Shown one piece after another: positions 58,909 to 64,000 of a stretch of DNA of 64,000 nt. Origin of the DNA: the human T2T-CHM13v2.0 reference genome, Homo sapiens; the NCBI RefSeq assembly GCF_009914755.1, contig NC_060925.1. One strand, given 5' to 3'. Under the pieces are notes generated by a model that saw nothing but the letters and a program-made list of their open reading frames with translations, was not told the DNA's origin and made no database searches. Both the position numbers and the translations under genes were made by a program. How positions within the stretch are numbered: the first letter of the stretch is position 1; each line of letters opens with the position of its first letter.

Positions 58909-59220
58909 GGACAGGGGCAGTGGCTCACGCCTGTAATCTCAGCAATTTGGGAGGCCGAGAAGGGCGGATCACGAGGTCAGGAGATGGAGACCATCCTGGC
59001 TAACATGGTGAAACCCCGTCTCTACTAAAAATACAAAAAATAAAATAAAATTAGCAGGGCGTGGTGGCCGGCGCCTGTAGTCCCAACTACTCGGGAGGCC
59101 GAGGCAGGAGAAAGTCGTGAACCCAGGAGGCGGAGCTTGCAGTGAGCCAAGATCGGGTGACTTCACTCCTTCCTGGGCGACAGAGCGAGACTCCATCTCA
59201 AAAAAAAACAAAAACAAAAG
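58909..59220 (+). mobile_element. Alu (Y-like)
   Basis: TSD aaatgcacaatctc (58895-58908, 59221-59234). Confidence 0.94.
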
Positions 59221-59408
59221 AAATGCACAATCTCAGGCTCACCCTGACTTACAGAGTCAGCATCCACATGTTTGTTAGACTACCCAGGCAATTCCTAACA
59301 AAATTAAAAGGCGCTGAGCTACAGAGCTGTGCTTCTCAAACAGTGAAGAACAATCAAGTTTTTTTCCAATTAATTGTAGACTGTTGTCAAATATAATAAA
59401 AAAGAATC

Positions 59409-59735
<327 letters not shown>

Positions 59736-61843
59736 TTAGAAAAATGAAAATGACACAAACAAAAAATACAAAATGTAAATTTGAAATTTATAGAGTCAGA
59801 AATTATAAAATTAATTTCAGTAAGTGTCATTAAACAACATAGATATAAAGGAAAACAATTACAAAAAATGAACACATTGTTCTTTGAAAGTGGGTACATA
59901 GGCAATTGACACAGAGAGTCATCATTACCTTTGTAACTTTTTGCCACACAAATATTTTGTATGAAATTGCAGTTCTCCATGTTAAACACTCGTAGACACA
60001 TTTTAAATACACATTTTTTTATATTACTATTTAAGGTTTTTAATATGACAATTAATCTTGCTTCCTGGTTGTCAATTTACCTAATCTGGTTTGAATGGAT
60101 GGCAATGCTCTTTGCAGGGGATAATGTGTATCTAAACTATTTCTAAACATTGCTTAACAGCAGTCAAAGTAGAGAAAGGAGGCTCACAGAGGTATGTTGA
60201 TTGAAATGAGGAAGAGATTTTTAAACCAGTCTCAGCAAGTTCAGTGTATATTTTTTAACTGCTATCCAAAATGAAGCTGATAGTGCTACATTTTTTTAAT
60301 GTATCTTCAGTCTTTTATCCGTAGCCAGTTCAAATAACTTATACTGTAAGATTAAATATAAATAATCTTTCAATGAAAGAAAATGATTCCAGATTTTATG
60401 CACTTTTGGATAACAGTTTTCAAAATAACCTTAAAACATCGCACATGATAATACAGTCCTATGGCATATGACTAGTACACAACTCAAACTCATCACACAA
60501 GTTAGACAAAAACAAGACTGATTTATATCCTGTTCAACAAAATGGTGTCCACATGCTTACATATTGAGCAATGTCAAATTATTGCTATAAAAGTTTCTAA
60601 ATGCTTACTCTTGATTTCTGTATTTATCCTGTAACAGACTAGTAACAAACCATTCATATCAGTATTGCTCTGCAGACTATGTTTGAATAACACTGCATTA
60701 GATATTCCAGCTGAATAAAATATCAAGATTTAAATAGTCATCTTTCGCAAGCATTTTAGCTGAGTCTGTGTGACAGGTGGGCCACAGACAAGCAGGTTGT
60801 AATCAACTCTTATCAGTCAATGAGATAAATAACATTAATTTAAACCACAGAGATATGTTTATAATTTTGTTATCTGTGATTGCTGTGTATTTCAGACAGA
60901 TACAGGAATCTATATATGATATCAATTCACATCCTTTGCAGAAACAGAGAAAGCCCTCTCCATATGTGAGATTTATGTTCATGTTTCTACTTGTTCACAT
61001 AAATTAAATAATTTTTATTTCACAGGAAAAATGAACTATACATATGCAAGATGGTAAATAATGTTAAAATACAAGAACCTTGCCACTGAAATTAGAATAA
61101 TCCTCCATACTACTCCCCAAAAGACAGAGGCAATGTATATTAAAGACATTACTAAAACTGTTTATCATTCAACTTTGCAGTAGTCTTATGAGATATTGGT
61201 ATTTGCTAGTTATTTGAGTAAAAACTGAGGGTGGGAAATTTGTTAGTGCTTTGCCACACACAGTTGTCCAATCTGGAAACCTTTGACTGCTTCCTCTCTC
61301 AACCCCTAAATCTAATTGGTTTTGCAATCCTATGTGTTCTACCTTACCGCCATCTCACAAATCTCACCCTTCTGGGTTCCAGCTATCATTGCCTCTGCTC
61401 ATGCCCTCATTAGCAATCAAGTGGATTTGTGTATTAGGCTCCTGGCTAGCGCCCCCTTCCTTCCTTCCCAGCTCCCTCTAATTCACCTTTTGTAGAACGA
61501 GAGTTATCTTTCCAAAATTTAGAAGTGATATGAATCACTTCTATATTTAGAACGTTCAGTAGATTGGCATAACCTTCCTGTAAAATCCAAATTCCTTAAC
61601 TTTGGATACAAGATCCTTCATACTCTGAACCATCTTCTCCATAATCATTTCCAGAATACCCCATAAAACCAAATTACCTAGCAATTGTCCATCATTCAAA
61701 TAAATACTACTTCCTGATTCTCATGTATTTCTATATTCTCCTGTGCTTGGCAATGATACTGTGTGCATCTGGACCGGTGAGTTCTTCCCAGGCTTATTTA
61801 TGAGCATGCAATGAATGTTCATGTGTGTGCACTGTTTGTACAG

Positions 61844-62032
61844 GAACATGTTGAAGAAGGCAGAGCCAGTCTCTACAAGTCTGTGGTTTCCAACAGCTGC
61901 AAGGAGATGTCTTGTTACTCAGACTTTCCATTCCCAGAAGATTATCCAAACTATGTGCCAAATTCTCAATTCCTGGAATATCTCAAAATGTATGCAAACC
62001 ACTTTGACCTTCTGAAACACATTCAATTCAAG
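61844..62032 (+). CDS. FMO1: FMO1 second coding exon: EHVEEGRASLYKSVVSNSCKEMSCYSDFPFPEDYPNYVPNSQFLEYLKMYANHFDLLKHIQFK
   Basis: CAG acceptor ending 61843, GTAAGA donor 62033; 189 nt, phase 0; FMO-family peptide. Confidence 0.97.
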
Positions 62033-62374
62033 GTAAGACACAAAACATCAGTTAGTAGTCAGAAAGTATTTCCTACCTATTTTCTCTTATCTCTCCAGCC
62101 TAGCCCTGGGCTCTGTAGATGAGATACTAAACTGGCAATATTAATGACACCTGGCTGTATTTATTTTCTCCCTATACTCACTCCCCACTTCAAGTAAATC
62201 TGGAGGTGGGGGAGGATACTTTGTGTAAAGATTCACAAGTATAAAATTTTAGTTTGCAATACTTATATCCAAGTATCTTAGGGAACCTAAAAAATATCAA
62301 GCCACATTTTCAGCTTGGGCCAAATGCCTGCCCACATGGACACTGAGAACCACCAACCCCCTTCCCCAGTCTCC

Positions 62375-62685
62375 TGTTTGGTTTTTTGTCTGTTTGTTTG
62401 TTTTTGAGACAGGGTCTCACTTTGTTGCCCAGGCTGGAGTGCAGTGGCATGATCATGGCTCACTGCAGCCTGGACTTCCTAAGCTCAGGTGATTCTCCCA
62501 CCTCAGCCTCCCAAGTAGCTGGGAACACAGGTGCACACCACCACACCCAGCTAGCTTTTTATATTTTTTAGCGATGGGGTCTCACCATGTTGGCCATGCA
62601 GTCTCAAACACCTGGGCTCAAGCAATCCTCCTGCCTTGGCCTCCCAAAGTGCTGGGATTACAGGCATGAGCCACTGCTCCCAGCT
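62375..62685 (-). mobile_element. Alu (J-like)
   Basis: Reverse Alu with GT/T-rich tail. Confidence 0.9.
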
Positions 62686-63116
62686 CCCACTCTCTTCTTG
62701 ACTATTCTTTTATAGGAATGGACACGTGCAGTGGCCCATACACAAGAGAACCTTGCTATGTGAAAGAAATCTTTTCTAGATATTCTTGAGAATAGAAAAA
62801 TCTTTGAATATTGTTATTCTACAATGCCCCCTTCCTCTCCCATTTCAGAGGCTGGAGACAGGAGGAAGGTAGTAGGACAGGGACAAATGAATAATATATC
62901 CTTTTTGTCCTTTTTTTTTCCTTTTTTTCTCTGTTTCCTCTCCAAGAAACATATGAAAATCTATGTTTCCCTTCTCCTTTCTCCCTCCCCTGTCAGAGGT
63001 AAGGATGATGAGGAATTCACAGAGAATTATACACAGAAAACAACACAAATGGAGACATTGACCAAAACAAGTGGAAAATAAAATTTGCATTCACATTCAC
63101 GACCTTAAAAGTCCTC

Positions 63117-63740
63117 TGATATGGTTTGGCTGTGTCGCCATCCAAATCTCATCTTGAATTTCCACATGTTGTGGGAGGGACTCAGTGGGAGGTAATTGAA
63201 CCATGGGGGCAGGTCTTTCCCATGCTGTTCTCCTGATAGTGAATAAGTCTCATGAGATCTGATGGTTTTATAAGGCGGAGCTTCCCTGCACAAGCTCTCT
63301 CTCTGCTTGCTGCCATGCACGTAAGATGTGATTTGCTCTTCTTTATCTTCCACCATGATTGTGAGGCTTCCCCAGCCACAAGGAACTGTGAGTTCTCCAT
63401 TAAACCTCTTTCCTTTGTAAATTGCCAGGTCTCTGGTATGTCTTTATCAGCAGCATGAAAATCAATACAGTAAATTGGTACCAGTAGAGTGGGGAGCTGG
63501 TGAAAAGATATCAAAAAATGTAGAAGTGACTTTGGAACTGTGGAAACGTCAGAGGTTAGAACAGTTTGGAGGGCTCAGAAGAAGAAAGGAAAATGTAGGA
63601 AACTTTGGAACTTCCTAGAGACTTGTTGAATGGCTTTGACAAAAATGCTGATAGTGATATGAACAATAAAGTCCAGGCTGAGATGGTCTCAGATGGAGAG
63701 GAGGAACTTGCTGGGAACTGGAGCAAAGGTGACTCTTGTT
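63117..63740. mobile_element. THE1 MaLR LTR (63117-63469) plus start of internal region
   Basis: tgatatggtttggctgtgtc..aataca followed by gtaaattggtaccagtagagtgggg internal sequence. Confidence 0.9.
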
Positions 63741-64000
63741 TGGTTTTTTGTTTTAAAAAAAACCTCTGCAATTATTAGTTTATTAGTATCATCCGGGACT
63801 TAGATGTTCAGTATTCCTCCTGAAATTACATAAACAAATGCAAATGGAAAGAATCCAAGTCAAAATTATATAACAAAACAGCACTCCATCACAAAAGCGT
63901 GTAAAATTACAATAACACTATTTTAAAATACTGGCATCTTAAGAAAACGATAATCTTGAAAATCACAAAATTGCCAAATTGTTCCCTAAACTGCTAAGCA
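63741..64000 (-). pseudogene. 3' end of an HMGB1 processed pseudogene (continues beyond window)
   Basis: Minus strand ..ttcaggaggaatactgaacatctaagtcccggatgatactAATAAActaataattgcagagg recalled as HMGB1 3'UTR; degenerate poly(A) at 63741-63754. Confidence 0.8.

Overview
Human (primate) genomic DNA from the flavin-containing monooxygenase cluster, recognised as chr1q24.3. It holds the last three coding exons and long 3' UTR of FMO2 (+), carrying the Q472X stop allele with the downstream 63 codons still intact. About 35 kb of retroelement-dominated intergenic DNA follows: three two-LTR proviruses (MER61-type, LTR10/HERV-I, MER57-type), a full-length dead L1PA interrupted by a MER11 LTR, and L1PB pieces. 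Then come the upstream non-coding exon and first two coding exons of FMO1 (+). FMO1 introns contain Alus, a Y1-RNA pseudogene, a rearranged LTR22/HML-5 remnant, a 3'UTR-only retrocopy and the tail of an HMGB1 processed pseudogene. Most unusual observation: a near-perfect hairpin with 45-bp arms just inside FMO1 intron 1, in which one arm is a perfect 5' splice site and the other reads as the U1 snRNA 5' end. Repeat subfamily and parent-gene names come from memory of consensus sequences and need RepeatMasker/BLAST confirmation. Nearly all ORFs in the supplied track are spurious or repeat-derived.
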